Positions 12,201 through 24,481 are shown, counted from the first letter of the stretch. The stretch: 64,000 nt of DNA from Candidatus Latescibacterota bacterium (GCA_965237675.1 OZ250150.1:3328001-3392000); one strand, 5' to 3'. Notes: generated from the sequence alone by a model not told the origin. Numbers and translations are program-made.

Positions 12201-13397
12201 GATGATCAGGGTCGTCCTCGCGGCGGGCACTACTACGTGCCCTTTGGCGCCGTGTTGAAAGTGGAGGACGGGCAGCCGGTGGACGAAAACCAGGTTCTGT
12301 ACGAATGGGATCCCTATAACAATAATATCGTCTCGAACCGGCCGGGCACCGTGGAGTTTGTAGACCTTGTCGAAGGTGTGACCTACCGCGAAGAGGCCGA
12401 CGAGACCACCGGTCTGGCTGCCCAGGTGGTGAGCGAACACCGGGATCGCACGTTGTCTCCCCGGATTCGAATCCTCGACGCCGCAGGAAATGAGGTCGGC
12501 CATTACATCATCCCCGTTGGCGCTCGTCTTGTGGTGCATGATGCGGATGTGATCGGCGCCGGAGATTCCCTGGCGAAGATCCCGCGCGAGCGCAGCAAGA
12601 CACGCGATATTACCGGTGGATTGCCCCGTGTCGCCGAGCTCTTCGAGGCACGGCGTCCCAAGGATCCGGCCGTGGTCACCGAAATCGACGGTACTGTCAG
12701 TTTCGGCGGGCTCGTACGGGGTTCCAGGACCGTAATTGTTACGACTGACGACGGCGAGGAACGGAAATATACGATACCCTACGGCAAACATCTCCGGGTT
12801 CAGGAGAATGACCGGGTTCAGGCCGGCGAGCAGATGTCGGAAGGGTCGGTGAATCCGCACGATATTCTGCAGATTCAGGGCATCCAGGCGGTGCAGGAAT
12901 ACCTGGTGAACGAGATCCAGGCCGTGTACCGCATGCAGGGCGTGCGGATCAACGACAAGCATATCGAGTGCATTGTACGCCAGATGCTGCAGAAGGTACA
13001 GGTGACGGATCCGGGCGATACCAATTTCTTGGAAGGAGAAACGGTAGATCGATTCCGTTTCCGGGACGAGAACGATAAGGTGATTGCCGAAGGCGGTGAT
13101 CCGGCGACGTTCCAGTCGGTGTTGTTGGGCATTACACGTGCCTCTTTAATGACCGATAGCTTCATTTCCGCTGCGTCTTTCCAGGAGACGACCCGCGTAT
13201 TGACAGAGGCTTCCGTCCAGGGCAAGATGGACGGCCTGCTGGGATTGAAGGAAAACGTGATTATCGGGCACCTGATTCCGGCCGGAACGGGCGCGGAACG
13301 ATATCGCGGGGTTCGGGCGGTTTCTCTTGAGACGGAGATGGAGGAGGTTCCCGAGGAGGGGCTCGAAAACATCGGTCTTCCGCCGATAAATGCTTGA
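9276..13397 (+). CDS. rpoC: RNA polymerase beta' subunit
   Basis: [12 protein letters not shown] catalytic motif and Zn ribbon; start uncertain (9276 or 9309). Confidence 0.99.
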   Translation: MDFDRKKGVRPVADINTSKRPTEFNSIRIQLASPETIRGWSRGEVTKPETINYRSFKPERDGLFCERIFGPVKDWECSCGKYKRIRYRGVVCDRCGVEVTQSKVRRERLGHIELAVPVSHIWFFKSLPSRMGYLLDITIRNLERIIYYESYVVLDPGDAPDLKYKDLLSEDEAFELESEGYNFTTDMGAVALKKLLSEIDIEELSAELRTQARMETSVQRKQEALKRLKVVEAFRQSDNQPSWMILDVIPVIPPDLRPLVPLEGGRFATSDLNDLYRRVINRNNRLKKLIEIKAPEVILRNEKRMLQEAVDALFDNGRRSRAVRGDGNRSLKSLSDLLKGKQGRFRQNLLGKRVDYSGRSVIVVDPNLKLHQCGLPKHMALELFKPFIIKKLEERGLVQTVKSAKKLVERERVEVWDILEDIIQDHYVLLNRAPTLHRLGIQAFQPVLVEGKAIRIHPLVCAAFNADFDGDQMAVHVPLSFEAQIEARVLVMSANNMLKPADGSAVIVHNPQDIAMGCYYLTKMVQQSGNEHVKAFGSPNEALIAHDYGKLPLHEAIRVRVDGKLLTTTVGQVIFNDILPDGMPYINQMVDKPVIQKVTTDVHRRFGNRATVEFADGLKRLGYDYATRSGVTVSMDDVVVPPKKQELIDKAKGEVDRILQQYVHGVITEGERYNKVIDVWQHTTNNIAEMMNEALEHSEAGFNSIYIMKDSGARGSDDQVKQLGGMRGLMNKPQKKLTGAIGEIIETPIVASFKEGLSVLEYFISTHGARKGLADTALKTAEAGYLTRRMVDVAQDGVIGEGDCGTIMGIELEAFKEGEEVVEPLADRIVGRTLLEDVYDPIGGEIIVESDMLLDEASAAKIADAGVERVNVRSVLTCEARRGICAKCYGSNLATARLVDIGEAVGVIAAQSVGEPGTQLTLRTFHIGGTSSRIAEQAEIVAKRAGVVRFINMDSVTRTDGQRTAVGRNGEFEVHDDQGRPRGGHYYVPFGAVLKVEDGQPVDENQVLYEWDPYNNNIVSNRPGTVEFVDLVEGVTYREEADETTGLAAQVVSEHRDRTLSPRIRILDAAGNEVGHYIIPVGARLVVHDADVIGAGDSLAKIPRERSKTRDITGGLPRVAELFEARRPKDPAVVTEIDGTVSFGGLVRGSRTVIVTTDDGEERKYTIPYGKHLRVQENDRVQAGEQMSEGSVNPHDILQIQGIQAVQEYLVNEIQAVYRMQGVRINDKHIECIVRQMLQKVQVTDPGDTNFLEGETVDRFRFRDENDKVIAEGGDPATFQSVLLGITRASLMTDSFISAASFQETTRVLTEASVQGKMDGLLGLKENVIIGHLIPAGTGAERYRGVRAVSLETEMEEVPEEGLENIGLPPINA

Positions 13398-13422
13398 CAA
13401 GCCAACCGTAAATTTGTATAAT
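13394..13422 (+). promoter_or_regulatory. Perfect-consensus sigma70 promoter for the str operon, overlapping the rpoC stop
   Basis: TTGACA(13394-13399)-17 nt-TATAAT(13417-13422). Confidence 0.85.
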
Positions 13423-13518
13423 GAAAGTCTATGGTTAAATTTAACCGTCAACGGCAAAATCGGCTGTCCGGTTGGATCGTCTGTGTTTGTGTGGATGCAA
13501 ACCATACAGGAGGTTGTC

Positions 13519-13890
13519 TTGCCCACCATCAATCAGCTGGTGCGCAAAGGACGTAAATTAAAAGCGAAGCGGTCGTCTGCCCCCGCATTGCGGGGATGCC
13601 CGCAAAAGCGGGGTGTCTGCACGCGTGTCTATACCACGACCCCCAAGAAGCCGAACTCCGCCCTGAGAAAGGTGGCCCGCGTTCGCCTCACGAACGGGAT
13701 GGAGGTCACAGCCTATATCCCTGGCGAGGGACACAATCTTCAGGAACACTCGGTAGTACTCATTCGGGGTGGTCGGGTAAGGGATCTGCCTTCGGTTCGG
13801 TATCACATTATAAGGGGTGTCCTGGACACGACCGGTGTCGCCGACCGAAAACAGGGCCGGTCCAAATACGGTGCCAAAACGCCTCAATAG
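13519..13890 (+). CDS. rpsL: 30S ribosomal protein S12
   Basis: (M)PTINQLVRK...[11 protein letters not shown]; TTG start after CAGGAGG. Confidence 0.98.
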   Translation: MPTINQLVRKGRKLKAKRSSAPALRGCPQKRGVCTRVYTTTPKKPNSALRKVARVRLTNGMEVTAYIPGEGHNLQEHSVVLIRGGRVRDLPSVRYHIIRGVLDTTGVADRKQGRSKYGAKTPQ

Positions 13891-13977
13891 GACTTCAGTT
13901 TTTATGAATGCGTTTGTTTCGGGGGAACACGCTCGAGAAGGCTGTAGACGGTGTGTCCCCCTTGTTTTGAGGGTGTT

Positions 13978-14445
13978 ATGAGAAAAAGGCGTGCCGAGAA
14001 ACGGGCGTTCTCACCCGATCCCAAATACGGCAGTGTTCTGGTGACGCAGTTTGTCAACAGTCTCTTTCGGAAGGGCAAGAAGAGCATCGGCGAAACGATC
14101 CTGTACCATGCTTTGGACCTTATCGCCGAACGGTCGGACGGAACAGGGCTGGACGTATTTGAAAAGGCGGTCGAAAACGCCAAGCCGATGATTCAGGTGA
14201 AATCCCGACGCGTGGGTGGGACGACTTACCAGGTGCCTGTCGAAGTACGGTCAGACGAGCGCCTTTCGCTTTCAATCGGCTGGTTGATTACGTTCGCGCG
14301 CGGGCGGGCCGAGAAAACCATGTCCCAGAGGCTTGCAGGTGAATTGACGGACGCGGCCAACGGCCGGGGTGGAGCTTTGCAGCGAAGAGAAGAGACCCAC
14401 CGCATGGCCGAGGCCAACCGGGCGTTCGCACACTATCGTTGGTAA
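13978..14445 (+). CDS. rpsG: 30S ribosomal protein S7
   Basis: [28 protein letters not shown]. Confidence 0.98.
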   Translation: MRKRRAEKRAFSPDPKYGSVLVTQFVNSLFRKGKKSIGETILYHALDLIAERSDGTGLDVFEKAVENAKPMIQVKSRRVGGTTYQVPVEVRSDERLSLSIGWLITFARGRAEKTMSQRLAGELTDAANGRGGALQRREETHRMAEANRAFAHYRW

Positions 14446-14450
14446 CGCAA

Positions 14451-16520
14451 ATGTCACGTAAAGAACAGCTGGAACGGATCCGAAACATCGGCATTATGGC
14501 CCATATCGATGCGGGTAAAACCACAACGAGCGAGCGTATTCTGTACTATACGGGTCGGCTGGATCGGATGGGCGAGGTGCACGATGGCGCGGCCACAATG
14601 GACTGGATGGACCAGGAACGTGAGCGGGGCATTACCATTACGTCGGCTGCTACCAACTGTTTCTGGGACGGACACCGGATCAATATCATCGACACGCCCG
14701 GACATGTGGATTTTACGGCCGAGGTTGAGCGGTCACTCAGGGTCCTGGACGGAGTCATCGGGATCTTCTGCGCCGTAGGCGGTGTGGAGCCTCAGTCCGA
14801 AACGGTCTGGCGCCAGGCCGATAAGTACAGGGTCCCGCGAATTGCTTTTGTGAACAAAATGGACCGTACGGGCGCCGATTTTTTCCGCGTCCTTGAAATG
14901 ATGAGAGAACGCCTGGCTTCGAATTTTGTGCCGGTGCAGATTCCCGTCGGCGCAGGCGAGTTATTTACCGGATTGATCGATCTGGTGAAGATGAAGATGG
15001 TGTCCTATCAAGAAGACACGCTGGGCACGGTATTTACAGAAAGCGAAATTCCGCACGACTTGCTGGACCGTGCACAGGTCTACCGCGAGCAGATGCTTGA
15101 GGCGGTCTCTGATTTCGACGATACCCTGATGGAAAAATTCCTCGAAGGCGAACCTATCGCCGAAGAAGAAATAAGACAGGCCCTTCGGCTTGCAACGATC
15201 AATGTACGCGCGGTGCCGGTCTTCTGCGGATCGGCCTTCAAAAACAAGGGCGTCCAGCGCCTTCTTGACGGCGTTCTAGACTATCTGCCATCCCCGCTGG
15301 ACGTTCCGGCGGTTAACGGCACCCATCCGGAGTCTGGGGCGCACGTCGCCCGCGCGCCTTCCCACGACGAACCGTTTTCCGCGCTCGCATTCAAAGTGAA
15401 AACCGATCCTTATGTGGGGCGCCTGACCTATTTCAGAGTCTATTCGGGTTGCCTCAAGACCGGCTCGTACGTGATGAATTCCAACAAAGGGAAACGAGAG
15501 CGTATCGGCCGGGTACTGCAAATGCACGCCAACAAGCGAGAGGAAATCGGCGAGGTCGTAACCGGAGATATCGCAGCCGTCGTTGGGCTGAAAGATACGG
15601 CAACGGGGGAGACGCTCTGCGACCTTGACCATCCGGTTATTCTGGAATCGATGGACTTCGCGAAACCCGTCGTGTCCGTGGCTATCGAGCCCAGAACCAA
15701 GGCAGACCAGGACCATCTGGGGACCGCGCTTGGAAAGTTATCCGAAGAGGATCCCACCTTCCACGTGTCCACCGATGAAGATACCGGCCAGACGATTATT
15801 TCAGGTATGGGTGAATTGCACCTGGAAATCATTGTCGACCGCTTGATGCGAGAATTTCGCGTGGCGGCCAATGTGGGCAAGCCACAGGTGACATTTAAGG
15901 AGGCGATTCGCAAGACGGTAAAGGCAGAGGGTCGGTTCGTACGACAGACGGGTGGCCGGGGGCAGTGGGGGCATGTCTGGCTGGAGATGGGGCCGGGGGA
16001 GTCGGGGAGCGGGCTTGTGTTCGAAAATAAGGTTGTGGGTGGGGCCGTACCGTCCGAATATATCTCTTCGGTCCGACAGGGCGTTCAAGAGGCCATGCAG
16101 TCGGGCGTATTGGCCGGATATCCTGTGGAAGATGTAAATGTCATACTTTACGACGGATCCTACCACGAAGTGGATTCTTCGGAAATAGCGTTCAAAGTGG
16201 CCGGGTCCATGGCCTTTAAAGACGGCGCCCGAAGAGCGGATCCTTACCTGATGGAACCCCTGATGGACGTTGAAGTGGTCGTGCCCGAAGAATATATGGG
16301 CGACGTGATGGGCGACCTGAATGCCCGGCGTGGACACATTGTGGGCATTGTGAACCGGCCGGATGCCCAGGTGATTACGGCAATGGTCCCCCTGACCGAG
16401 ATGTTCGGTTATGCCACACGTCTGCGGTCCTTGACTCAGGGGCGTGCTATCAATTCGATGGAATTCTCAAGGTTCCAGGAAATACCGAAAGGGCTCGCAC
16501 GGGAACTCACCGACAATTAG
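14451..16520 (+). CDS. fusA: Elongation factor G
   Basis: [23 protein letters not shown]. Confidence 0.98.
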   Translation: MSRKEQLERIRNIGIMAHIDAGKTTTSERILYYTGRLDRMGEVHDGAATMDWMDQERERGITITSAATNCFWDGHRINIIDTPGHVDFTAEVERSLRVLDGVIGIFCAVGGVEPQSETVWRQADKYRVPRIAFVNKMDRTGADFFRVLEMMRERLASNFVPVQIPVGAGELFTGLIDLVKMKMVSYQEDTLGTVFTESEIPHDLLDRAQVYREQMLEAVSDFDDTLMEKFLEGEPIAEEEIRQALRLATINVRAVPVFCGSAFKNKGVQRLLDGVLDYLPSPLDVPAVNGTHPESGAHVARAPSHDEPFSALAFKVKTDPYVGRLTYFRVYSGCLKTGSYVMNSNKGKRERIGRVLQMHANKREEIGEVVTGDIAAVVGLKDTATGETLCDLDHPVILESMDFAKPVVSVAIEPRTKADQDHLGTALGKLSEEDPTFHVSTDEDTGQTIISGMGELHLEIIVDRLMREFRVAANVGKPQVTFKEAIRKTVKAEGRFVRQTGGRGQWGHVWLEMGPGESGSGLVFENKVVGGAVPSEYISSVRQGVQEAMQSGVLAGYPVEDVNVILYDGSYHEVDSSEIAFKVAGSMAFKDGARRADPYLMEPLMDVEVVVPEEYMGDVMGDLNARRGHIVGIVNRPDAQVITAMVPLTEMFGYATRLRSLTQGRAINSMEFSRFQEIPKGLARELTDN

Positions 16521-16615
16521 TGATTGGGAGGTCGAATTCATTCTTCACGGCGGGCAACTACGATAGCCCAATAAAAAGACTTTTGAGTCGTTTATAGTAA
16601 CAGGAGGAAGGTGAC

Positions 16616-17812
16616 ATGGCAAAAGAGAAGTTTGACAGGAGCAAACCCCACGTCAATATCGGAACCATAGGGCACGTTGACCATGGTAAGACGACGTTGA
16701 CGGCGGCCATTACCAAGACGCTGGCCGCCAGGGGACTGGCGGAATATACGCCCTTCGAGAGCATTGACAAGGCCCCCGAGGAGGTGGAACGCGGCATAAC
16801 CATCAATACGGCGCACGTCGAGTATTCCAGCGAAAACCGCCACTACGCCCATGTCGATTGTCCGGGACACGCCGACTATGTAAAGAACATGATCACCGGC
16901 GCGGCACAGATGGACGGTGCGATTCTGGTGGTAAGCGCCGCCGATGGTCCGATGATTCAGACGCGGGAGCATATTCTCCTGTCACGGCAGGTGAACGTCC
17001 CGTCTATCGTCGTCTACATGAACAAGGTCGATATGGTCGACGACCCCGAACTTCTTGAACTGGTGGAACTGGAGGTGCGGGAACTGCTCAGTGATTACGA
17101 TTTTCCGGGTGACGACATTCCTGTGATTAGTGGGTCTGCGCTGCAGGCGCTCGAGGCCAACGATCCGGATTCGGACGTGTGCAATTCCATTTGGGAACTG
17201 CTCGAGGCCGTAGATACCGCGATTCCGATACCTGAACGCGACATGGACCGGGACTTCCTGATGCCCGTAGAGGACGTCTTCAGCATTACCGGCCGCGGGA
17301 CGGTGGGCACGGGTAGAATCGAGCGTGGCGTGGTCCAGCTGAACGAAGAAGTGGAGGTTGTCGGGATCCGTGAAACCCGTAAGACCGTGGTCACGGGAAT
17401 CGAGATGTTCCGAAAGCTTCTGGACGTTGGGGAAACGGGAGACAACGTGGGTCTGCTGCTGCGCGGCATCGACAAGGAAGACCTCGAACGTGGTATGGTC
17501 GTTGCCAAACCAGGTTCGGTCACGCCGCATACGAAGTTCAAAGGTGAAGTTTACGTGCTCACGGAAAAAGAGGGCGGTCGAAGCAAACCATTCTTTACTG
17601 GTTACCGACCGCAGTTTTTTTTCAGAACCACCGACGTTACCGGCGCGGTTCAGTTGCCCGATGGTGTGGAAATGGTGATGCCGGGCGACAACATTACCAT
17701 GGACGTCGACCTGACTCCCCAACCCATCGCCATCGAAGCGCAGCTTCGGTTCGCCATACGCGAAGGGGGCCGGACAATCGGCTCGGGCGTGGTTACTGAA
17801 ATCATTGACTAG
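16616..17812 (+). CDS. tuf: Elongation factor Tu
   Basis: [38 protein letters not shown]. Confidence 0.99.
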   Translation: MAKEKFDRSKPHVNIGTIGHVDHGKTTLTAAITKTLAARGLAEYTPFESIDKAPEEVERGITINTAHVEYSSENRHYAHVDCPGHADYVKNMITGAAQMDGAILVVSAADGPMIQTREHILLSRQVNVPSIVVYMNKVDMVDDPELLELVELEVRELLSDYDFPGDDIPVISGSALQALEANDPDSDVCNSIWELLEAVDTAIPIPERDMDRDFLMPVEDVFSITGRGTVGTGRIERGVVQLNEEVEVVGIRETRKTVVTGIEMFRKLLDVGETGDNVGLLLRGIDKEDLERGMVVAKPGSVTPHTKFKGEVYVLTEKEGGRSKPFFTGYRPQFFFRTTDVTGAVQLPDGVEMVMPGDNITMDVDLTPQPIAIEAQLRFAIREGGRTIGSGVVTEIID

Positions 17813-17829
17813 CGTCGACGGAGGGACCA

Positions 17830-18138
17830 GTGCCAGCACAGAAAATTCGTATTCGATTGAAGGCTTACGATCACGTTGCCCTGGATCGGTCTGTCGACGA
17901 AATTGTGCGAACGGCGAAACGGACCGGAGCGCTGATTTCCGGCCCCATTCCGTTGCCCACCAAGCGTACGTTGTATACGGTGCTCCGAGGTCCCAATATC
18001 GACAAAAAGTCCCGGGAGCAGTTCGAGACCCGGGTACATAAACGTCTGATCGATATTCACAACTCGACGCCGCAGACGGTAGATGCGTTAATGAAACTGG
18101 ATTTGCCGGCGGGAATCGACATCGAAATTAAGGCGTAG
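17830..18138 (+). CDS. rpsJ: 30S ribosomal protein S10
   Basis: [23 protein letters not shown]. Confidence 0.98.
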   Translation: MPAQKIRIRLKAYDHVALDRSVDEIVRTAKRTGALISGPIPLPTKRTLYTVLRGPNIDKKSREQFETRVHKRLIDIHNSTPQTVDALMKLDLPAGIDIEIKA

Positions 18139-18142
18139 TGCC

Positions 18143-18769
18143 GTGTTAGGATTGATTGGAAGAAAAATTGGGATGACCCAGGCTTACGACCAGGACGACA
18201 ACATGGTCCCGATCACCGTGGTTCAGGTGGGGCCATGTCCGGTTGTACAGGTGAAGGACGATGCGTCGGATGGGTATCACGCACTGAAACTCGCGTTTGG
18301 CGCCACTTCCGAACGGCGCCTGACACGCCCACACCTTGGCGTTCTCAAGAAAGCCGGCGCCGGCCCACATCGAATCCTGAAGGAGTTTCGGGTTGACAAC
18401 ACGTCGGAATATGTGGTCGGTCAGACTCTTGATACCGGCATATTCAAGTCCGGCGAATTCGTCTCGGTAACCGGGCGGACCAAAGGCAAGGGTTTTCAGG
18501 GCGGCGTCAAGAGGCACCATTTCAAGGGCGGTCCGAAAACACACGGGCAGTCCGACCGGCACCGGGCGCCCGGATCGATTGGCCAGAGCTCAGATCCTTC
18601 ACGCGTGTTCAAGGGAATGCGGATGGCGGGCCATATGGGCCATCGCCGGGAAACCGTGAAGGGGTTGATGGTCGTCCGGGTGGACAAGGAGCGCAACCTG
18701 TTGTTGCTCAAGGGTGCGGTACCGGGCCCGCGAGGCGGCATCGTAAAGGTGCAAAAACAGCGCAACTAA
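18143..18769 (+). CDS. rplC: 50S ribosomal protein L3
   Basis: KIGMTQ, KGKGFQG, HRAPGSIG. Confidence 0.98.
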   Translation: MLGLIGRKIGMTQAYDQDDNMVPITVVQVGPCPVVQVKDDASDGYHALKLAFGATSERRLTRPHLGVLKKAGAGPHRILKEFRVDNTSEYVVGQTLDTGIFKSGEFVSVTGRTKGKGFQGGVKRHHFKGGPKTHGQSDRHRAPGSIGQSSDPSRVFKGMRMAGHMGHRRETVKGLMVVRVDKERNLLLLKGAVPGPRGGIVKVQKQRN

Positions 18770-18786
18770 TGGGAACCGATCGCGTT

Positions 18787-19419
18787 ATGGCATCAGTTGA
18801 GGTAACAGACCTCCAAGGCGAGGTTGTGGGATCCGTCGACCTCCCGGAGGCGATCTTCGGGATAGAACCTTCTCACCATGCCATCTATCATACGGTCAAG
18901 ATGTATCTGACAAACCAGCGCCAGGGCAATGCCCATTCCAAGACCCGTGCCGAGGTTCGACGCAGCAAGCGGAAGTTATATAGACAAAAGGGCACGGGAC
19001 GAGCGAGAGCCGGCACTGCATCTTCCCCAATTCGGGTCGGAGGCGGGGTTGCTCACGGCCCCAGACCGCGAGAGTTGAGCGAGCGCGTGCCCAAGAAGGT
19101 CCGGCGATTGGCGCTGAAATCGGCGCTTTCCCTAAAGGTTTCGAATGGTGCCATCAAGGTGGTGGAAGACTTCACGTTTGACGAACCCAAAACGAAACGT
19201 ATGGAGGGGATGACGCAGGCCATACAGATCGACGATCGAAAGGTTCTTCTGCTCACGCCGGCGGCGTCGCCGAATGTCCTGAAGTCATGTCGGAATTTAT
19301 CCAACCTTCATGTGCTGCCGGTAGCCCAGGTCTCAACATACGATGTGGTCAACGCGGATGCCGTCGTTTTTACCAGGGAAGCCCTGGGCGGGCTGCAGGC
19401 CATCGGGGGGGCGGCATGA
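18787..19419 (+). CDS. rplD: 50S ribosomal protein L4
   Basis: RQKGTGRARAG, GGGVAHGPRPR. Confidence 0.98.
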   Translation: MASVEVTDLQGEVVGSVDLPEAIFGIEPSHHAIYHTVKMYLTNQRQGNAHSKTRAEVRRSKRKLYRQKGTGRARAGTASSPIRVGGGVAHGPRPRELSERVPKKVRRLALKSALSLKVSNGAIKVVEDFTFDEPKTKRMEGMTQAIQIDDRKVLLLTPAASPNVLKSCRNLSNLHVLPVAQVSTYDVVNADAVVFTREALGGLQAIGGAA

Positions 19420-19709
19420 AGAAAGATTTCACAGACATCATCCGCAGGCCGCTGATTACCGAGAGGGCTTCCGAACTCCAGGAAAAACACAACAAGTTTG
19501 TGTTTGAAGTACGGGTCGACGCCAACAAGCTGGAAATCAAGAAGGCCGCTGAGACGATGTTCAATGTACGGGTGCTGAAAATCAATACGTCGTCCTTCTC
19601 TGGAAAGCTAAAAAGAATGGGCCGGTTTCAGGGCCGCCGTGCAAACTGGAAAAAGGCGATCATCACCCTTGCGGACGGTGATACCATAGACTTCTTCGGA
19701 GAATCCTGA
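19416..19709 (+). CDS. rplW: 50S ribosomal protein L23
   Basis: RPLITE, ANKLEIK, WKKAIITL. Confidence 0.97.
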   Translation: MKKDFTDIIRRPLITERASELQEKHNKFVFEVRVDANKLEIKKAAETMFNVRVLKINTSSFSGKLKRMGRFQGRRANWKKAIITLADGDTIDFFGES

Positions 19710-19712
19710 TCA

Positions 19713-20543
19713 ATGCCCGTCAAATCGTTTCGACCTCTTACGCCCTCGCTGCGGCACAAAACCGTCTCCACGTTTGAAGAGATTACCCGATCTCAACCCG
19801 AGAAGTCGCTCATTGAGGCGAACAAGAAGAGTGGTGGGCGAAACAATATGGGCCGTATCACGAGTCGACGGCGGGGCGGCGGACACCGTCGGCACTACCG
19901 GGTCGTTGATTTCAAACGCAACAAGCACGGTGTTCCGGCCCGGGTACACTCGATTGAGTACGATCCAAATCGCTCCGCCAGAATCGCACTGCTCCATTAC
20001 GCAGACGGCGAGAAGCGGTACATTCTGGCGCCCACGGCTCTGGAGGTTCGCACTCAGGTGTTATCCGGTCCGGATGCCGACGTTCGGCCCGGCAATGCGC
20101 TTCCTCTTGAGAACATCCCGCAGGGAACCTACGTTCACAATGTCGAGCTGCAACCCGGTAAGGGCGGACAGTTGGGGCGTTCGGCCGGTACGGAAATTCA
20201 GATCATGGCCAAAGAAGGTAAGTTCGCGCAACTCCGCCTGCCCTCCGGCGAGGTTCGCCTGGTGCCGGTTAGGTGTTACGCCACCGTCGGACAGGTTGGA
20301 AATCCGGAACACGAAAACGTCGTTTTGGGAAACGCGGGTCGCAACAGGTGGTTGGGGAGGCGTCCGTCGGTGAGGGGGGTGGCCATGAACCCCGTCGATC
20401 ACCCGCACGGAGGAGGGGAAGGACGTGCCTCGGGTGGCGGACATCCGGTAACCCCGTGGGGGGTGCCCACAAAGGGATACAAGACGAGAAAACCCAAGAA
20501 ACAATCCAATAAACTCATCGTGAGAAGACCAGACAAGAGATAA
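19713..20543 (+). CDS. rplB: 50S ribosomal protein L2
   Basis: [22 protein letters not shown]. Confidence 0.99.
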   Translation: MPVKSFRPLTPSLRHKTVSTFEEITRSQPEKSLIEANKKSGGRNNMGRITSRRRGGGHRRHYRVVDFKRNKHGVPARVHSIEYDPNRSARIALLHYADGEKRYILAPTALEVRTQVLSGPDADVRPGNALPLENIPQGTYVHNVELQPGKGGQLGRSAGTEIQIMAKEGKFAQLRLPSGEVRLVPVRCYATVGQVGNPEHENVVLGNAGRNRWLGRRPSVRGVAMNPVDHPHGGGEGRASGGGHPVTPWGVPTKGYKTRKPKKQSNKLIVRRPDKR

Positions 20544-20559
20544 CCCCAGCGAGGATTGA

Positions 20560-20847
20560 ATGGCACGGTCGCTAAAAAAAGGCCCGTATGTGGAGCCGAG
20601 TCTTCTGGCGAAGATCGAGGGAATGAACAACTCTGGCAACAAGCGTGTGATTCAGACGTGGGCCCGTCGTTCGACCATTTCTCCAGAATTTGTTGGACAT
20701 ACGCTCGCGGTGCACAACGGGAACAAGTTCATTCCGGTGTACGTAACGGAAAATATGGTGGGTCACAAGCTGGGAGAGTTCGCCCCTACACGTACTTTTC
20801 GGGGGCACTCGGGAAGCCTCACGGAGCGTTCCACGGGGCTGAAGTAG
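20560..20847 (+). CDS. rpsS: 30S ribosomal protein S19
   Basis: [18 protein letters not shown]. Confidence 0.98.
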   Translation: MARSLKKGPYVEPSLLAKIEGMNNSGNKRVIQTWARRSTISPEFVGHTLAVHNGNKFIPVYVTENMVGHKLGEFAPTRTFRGHSGSLTERSTGLK

Positions 20848-20958
20848 CTTCGGCGCACAATGTGGCGCGTTGGTACCGGTTTTCGATGTTCGACGGTGAG
20901 CTTCTCCACGCGAGACGGAGTTGACCTCCGTGAAGGCACCCGTAAGGAAGGATCTTTG

Positions 20959-21300
20959 ATGACGGCCAGGGCAGTAATCAGATATGTCAGGATCTCACCT
21001 CGAAAAGCACGACAGGTGGTGGACCTTGTGCGTGGCAAAGGTGTTGAAGAAGCGTTTCACATTCTTCAGTTTACGCCCAAGAAGGCGGCCAGAATCGTAG
21101 AACGCACGCTGCGGTCGGCGGTGGCCAATGCCGCCAACAACGAGGCGTCCGCGGCCCGTGAAGAAGCCCTGTACGTTCAAGAGGCGTTCGTGAACGGCGC
21201 CATCGCAATGCGTCGGCTTCGTCCTATGCCACGTGGCGCCGCCGGGTTTATACGAAAGCGTTGCAGCCATATCACCCTCGTCGTTTCGGACGACAATTAG
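20959..21300 (+). CDS. rplV: 50S ribosomal protein L22
   Basis: RISPRKAR, SAVANA, IRKRCSHIT. Confidence 0.96.
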   Translation: MTARAVIRYVRISPRKARQVVDLVRGKGVEEAFHILQFTPKKAARIVERTLRSAVANAANNEASAAREEALYVQEAFVNGAIAMRRLRPMPRGAAGFIRKRCSHITLVVSDDN

Positions 21301-21312
21301 TCGTCGGGAGGA

Positions 21313-21975
21313 TTGCTCTTGGGCCAGAAAACACACCCAACCGGATTCCGATTGGGCATCGTAAAAGACTGGCGTTCCCGCTGGTATGCCGGCAAGGATT
21401 TTGCGGAACTGCTCAAAGAAGACCTGATGCTGCGGCGGTACATTCAGAGCAGGCTTCAGCGGGCAAGCGTATCGCAAATTGAGATCGAACGTGCGCCGAA
21501 ACGGGTCACCATTTCGGTTCATACCGCTCGTCCCGGCATCGTGATCGGCCGCAAGGGGCAAGAGGTTGACAAGCTCCGGGACGAATTGAAACACATCACT
21601 GGTAAAGAGATATATATCAATATACAGGAAATCAAACGGCCCGAAACGAATGCGCAATTGGTCGCCGACAATATCGCGCGTCAGTTGGAGCAGCGCGTTT
21701 CGTTCCGGCGAGCGATGAAGAAGGCCATCGCTTCGGCGATGCGCATGGGTGCCGACGGCATAAAGATTGTATGCGGCGGGCGTTTGGGTGGCGCGGAAAT
21801 GGCGCGAATCGAAAAGTCGGAACCCGCCGGCAGAGTGCCGTTGCATACGCTGCGGGCCGATATCGACTATGCCACTTCCACAGCCTTTACAAACTCGGGC
21901 ACCGTGGGGGTCAAGGTGTGGGTGTGTCACGGCGAGGTTGTGGAACGTCGCATTTCGGGTGGGCCGGCGCAGTAA
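21313..21975 (+). CDS. rpsC: 30S ribosomal protein S3
   Basis: [30 protein letters not shown]. Confidence 0.98.
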   Translation: MLLGQKTHPTGFRLGIVKDWRSRWYAGKDFAELLKEDLMLRRYIQSRLQRASVSQIEIERAPKRVTISVHTARPGIVIGRKGQEVDKLRDELKHITGKEIYINIQEIKRPETNAQLVADNIARQLEQRVSFRRAMKKAIASAMRMGADGIKIVCGGRLGGAEMARIEKSEPAGRVPLHTLRADIDYATSTAFTNSGTVGVKVWVCHGEVVERRISGGPAQ

Positions 21976-22007
21976 TCGGAAACGGGTTTCATTAAGGATC
22001 TGACTCC

Positions 22008-22427
22008 ATGTTGATGCCGAAAAGGGTAAAGTGGCGAAAACAGCAGCGCGGACGCATGCGTGGCATGGCGTACCGGGGCAGCAAAATCGCTTTTGGAGAA
22101 TTCGCGCTCCAGGCGCTGGAGCCCGCGTGGATCACCAGCCGGCAGATCGAAGCGGCGCGGGTGGCCATTACGCGCGCGCTTGGGCGTGGTGGCAAAGTTT
22201 GGATCCGTCTGTTTCCCGACAAACCCGTCACCGTCAAACCCGCGGAGACGCGGATGGGTAAGGGCAAAGGAAATCCGGAATACTGGGTGGCCGTCGTAAA
22301 GCCGGGCCGCATTATGTTCGAAATCGATGGGGTTCAACGAGAGAGCGCCCGGGAGGCCATGCGAAAGGCCGGCCACAAAATGCCTATCAAGACCCGGTTT
22401 ATCGAACGGGGAGACAGCGAAGAATGA
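22008..22427 (+). CDS. rplP: 50S ribosomal protein L16
   Basis: [15 protein letters not shown]. Confidence 0.98.
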   Translation: MLMPKRVKWRKQQRGRMRGMAYRGSKIAFGEFALQALEPAWITSRQIEAARVAITRALGRGGKVWIRLFPDKPVTVKPAETRMGKGKGNPEYWVAVVKPGRIMFEIDGVQRESAREAMRKAGHKMPIKTRFIERGDSEE

Positions 22428-22669
22428 AAGCCAGCGAGATTCGTCAGATGACTGCGAGCGAGGTCGATGAGTTGCTCGCCGATAGGCTTGAGGAGTTGTA
22501 CAACTTGAGAATTCAGCTTGTCACCCAACAACTCGACAACCCGCTTCGGGTACAGTCGGTCCGACGGGACATCGCCCGAATTAAAACGGTTCTGAGCGCG
22601 CGCGCACTGGGTCCGAACGCCACGACCGGTGCCGACGGTGTCGAATCCAGAGGATCGGAAGGAAATTAA
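22424..22669 (+). CDS. rpmC: 50S ribosomal protein L29
   Basis: [15 protein letters not shown]; short C-terminal extension. Confidence 0.95.
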   Translation: MKASEIRQMTASEVDELLADRLEELYNLRIQLVTQQLDNPLRVQSVRRDIARIKTVLSARALGPNATTGADGVESRGSEGN

Positions 22670-22672
22670 ACT

Positions 22673-22939
22673 ATGGCACAAACCGACACGCGCGGCCGTC
22701 GTAAGACCCTTGAGGGTCGGGTGCTGAGTAATCAGGCCAATAAGACAATTGTCGTGGAAGTTACCTGGCGGACGCCCCATCCATTTTATGGCAAGGTTAT
22801 ACGGCGTCGTTCCAAATTTGCGGCACACGACGAACACAATTTGGCGAACACCGGCGACACCGTGTTAATTATGGAAACACGCCCGATTAGCAAAACCAAA
22901 CGGTGGCGACTCACTGAGATTCTGGAAAAGGTTCAATAG
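22673..22939 (+). CDS. rpsQ: 30S ribosomal protein S17
   Basis: HPFYGK, AHDE, ETRPISKTKRW. Confidence 0.97.
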   Translation: MAQTDTRGRRKTLEGRVLSNQANKTIVVEVTWRTPHPFYGKVIRRRSKFAAHDEHNLANTGDTVLIMETRPISKTKRWRLTEILEKVQ

Positions 22940-22951
22940 GGAGTATTCAGG

Positions 22952-23320
22952 ATGGTTACGGATCAGACGGTGTTGAACTGTGCTGACAATAGCGGTGCCC
23001 GCAAGGTGATGTGTTTCCGGGTGCTGGGCGGGTCTCGGCGAAGATATGCCGGGTTGGGCGATACCATCGTCGTTGCCGTAAAAGACGCGCAGCCCAACAG
23101 TGCGGTAAAAAAAGGAGAAGTCGCACGGGCCGTTATTGTTCGGACCAAGAAGGAGGCGCGACGCTCCGATGGTTCTTACATCCGTTTCGACGACAATGCG
23201 GCTGTGCTGATAGACGCCGAGGGAGAGCCGAGGGCAACGCGCATTTTCGGACCGGTCGCAAGGGAATTACGCGACAGGCGGTTTATGCGAATTGTCTCTC
23301 TGGCGGCTGAAGTCGTTTGA
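22952..23320 (+). CDS. rplN: 50S ribosomal protein L14
   Basis: [26 protein letters not shown]. Confidence 0.98.
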   Translation: MVTDQTVLNCADNSGARKVMCFRVLGGSRRRYAGLGDTIVVAVKDAQPNSAVKKGEVARAVIVRTKKEARRSDGSYIRFDDNAAVLIDAEGEPRATRIFGPVARELRDRRFMRIVSLAAEVV

Positions 23321-23346
23321 GTATTCATCCGTGAGGGAGTCGAGCT

Positions 23347-23676
23347 TTGAAACTTCATATTCGCAGGGGTGATCAGGTCGAGGTCATCGGCGGTGTCGAC
23401 GCGGGGAGGCGCGGACGTGTCCTGAAGGTATTCCCGAAAAAGGCGCGGGCGCTGGTGGAGGGCATTAACTTTATCAAACGCCATACCCGGCCCGGGCCAC
23501 GAAATCAGCAGGGCGGTATTGTCGAGAAAGAGGCGCCCGTTCACATTTCCAAGCTCATGTTGATCGATCCACAGACCGACGAGCCCACCAGGATACGCCG
23601 GAAGAGACTGGAGAACGGCGTTCGTATTCGGCTTTCGGTCAAGAGTGGCGAACAGATTTCCGAAGCGAATAAATAG
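23347..23676 (+). CDS. rplX: 50S ribosomal protein L24
   Basis: KOW motif [18 protein letters not shown]. Confidence 0.97.
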   Translation: MKLHIRRGDQVEVIGGVDAGRRGRVLKVFPKKARALVEGINFIKRHTRPGPRNQQGGIVEKEAPVHISKLMLIDPQTDEPTRIRRKRLENGVRIRLSVKSGEQISEANK

Positions 23677-23686
23677 AGAGGGTCGG

Positions 23687-24241
23687 ATGGCGGCGCGACT
23701 GCGTGAAGTGTACAACAACGAGATCGTCCCGGCGATGGTTTCGCATTTCTCCTACAAGAACGCGATGCAGGTACCCAGACTCGAGAAGATCATCCTGAAT
23801 ATGGGCTTGGGAGAGGCCGTCCAGAATCCGAAGGCGATCGACAGCGCCATCGCGGACCTGTCTACCATTGCGGGGCAGCGTCCTTCGGTACGGCGCGCAA
23901 AAAAGTCGGTGTCGAATTTCAAACTGCGCGAGGGCATGCCCATCGGGTGCGCCGTAACGCTCCGCCGAGATAGGATGTATGAGTTTCTGGACCGATTTTT
24001 CACGTTTGCCATACCACGTACACGCGACTTCAGGGGTTTGTCTCCCAATGCCTTCGACGGCCGGGGGAATTATACTGTGGGTGTGCGTGAGCAGATCATT
24101 TTTCCGGAAATCAACTACGATCAGATCGATCAGATTCGAGGGATGGACGTGACCCTTGTTACCACGGCCCGAACCGACGAAGAGGCATTTGAATTGTTCA
24201 AGCGCTTTGGCATGCCGTTCCAGACGGCCGAAGCGGCCTGA
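23687..24241 (+). CDS. rplE: 50S ribosomal protein L5
   Basis: [25 protein letters not shown]. Confidence 0.98.
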   Translation: MAARLREVYNNEIVPAMVSHFSYKNAMQVPRLEKIILNMGLGEAVQNPKAIDSAIADLSTIAGQRPSVRRAKKSVSNFKLREGMPIGCAVTLRRDRMYEFLDRFFTFAIPRTRDFRGLSPNAFDGRGNYTVGVREQIIFPEINYDQIDQIRGMDVTLVTTARTDEEAFELFKRFGMPFQTAEAA

Positions 24242-24264
24242 CTCCAAGAAAGCGAGCGTTTTTT

Positions 24265-24450
24265 GTGGCAAAAAAGACGTTGATTGTCAAGGCAAATAAG
24301 AAACCGAAGTTTGCCGTTCGCCGGTATAATCGTTGCCATCGTTGCGGACGCCCCAGAGGCTACATGAGGCAGTTCGGAATCTGTCGGATCTGCTTCAGAG
24401 AACTGGCGTTACGGGGTGAGATTCCGGGGGTTGCGAAGGCGAGTTGGTAA
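24265..24450 (+). CDS. rpsN: 30S ribosomal protein S14 (Zn-binding type Z)
   Basis: RCHRCGRPR...ICRICFR. Confidence 0.97.
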   Translation: MAKKTLIVKANKKPKFAVRRYNRCHRCGRPRGYMRQFGICRICFRELALRGEIPGVAKASW

Positions 24451-24481
24451 CCCTTGTGACATACAGGAGGCGGTCTGGCTT

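Noticed and set aside
10926-12962. 678-aa antisense ORF inside rpoC, and similar long antisense ORFs over tuf, dapA, bamD/nadD and purL
   Set aside because: Shadow frames expected from codon bias in GC-rich conserved genes; no recognisable motifs.
13390-13518. 43-aa N-terminal extension of S12 in the ORF track; similar extensions on rplK, rplW, rplV, rplE, rpsH, rpoA and AKR
   Set aside because: The upstream in-frame starts run through promoters or leaders, and the conserved starts with an RBS lie downstream.
21190-21270. L22 tunnel hairpin RPMPRGAA differing from E. coli PRAKGRA
   Set aside because: Proline-containing variants of this tip occur in FCB-group bacteria, so it is likely a lineage trait.
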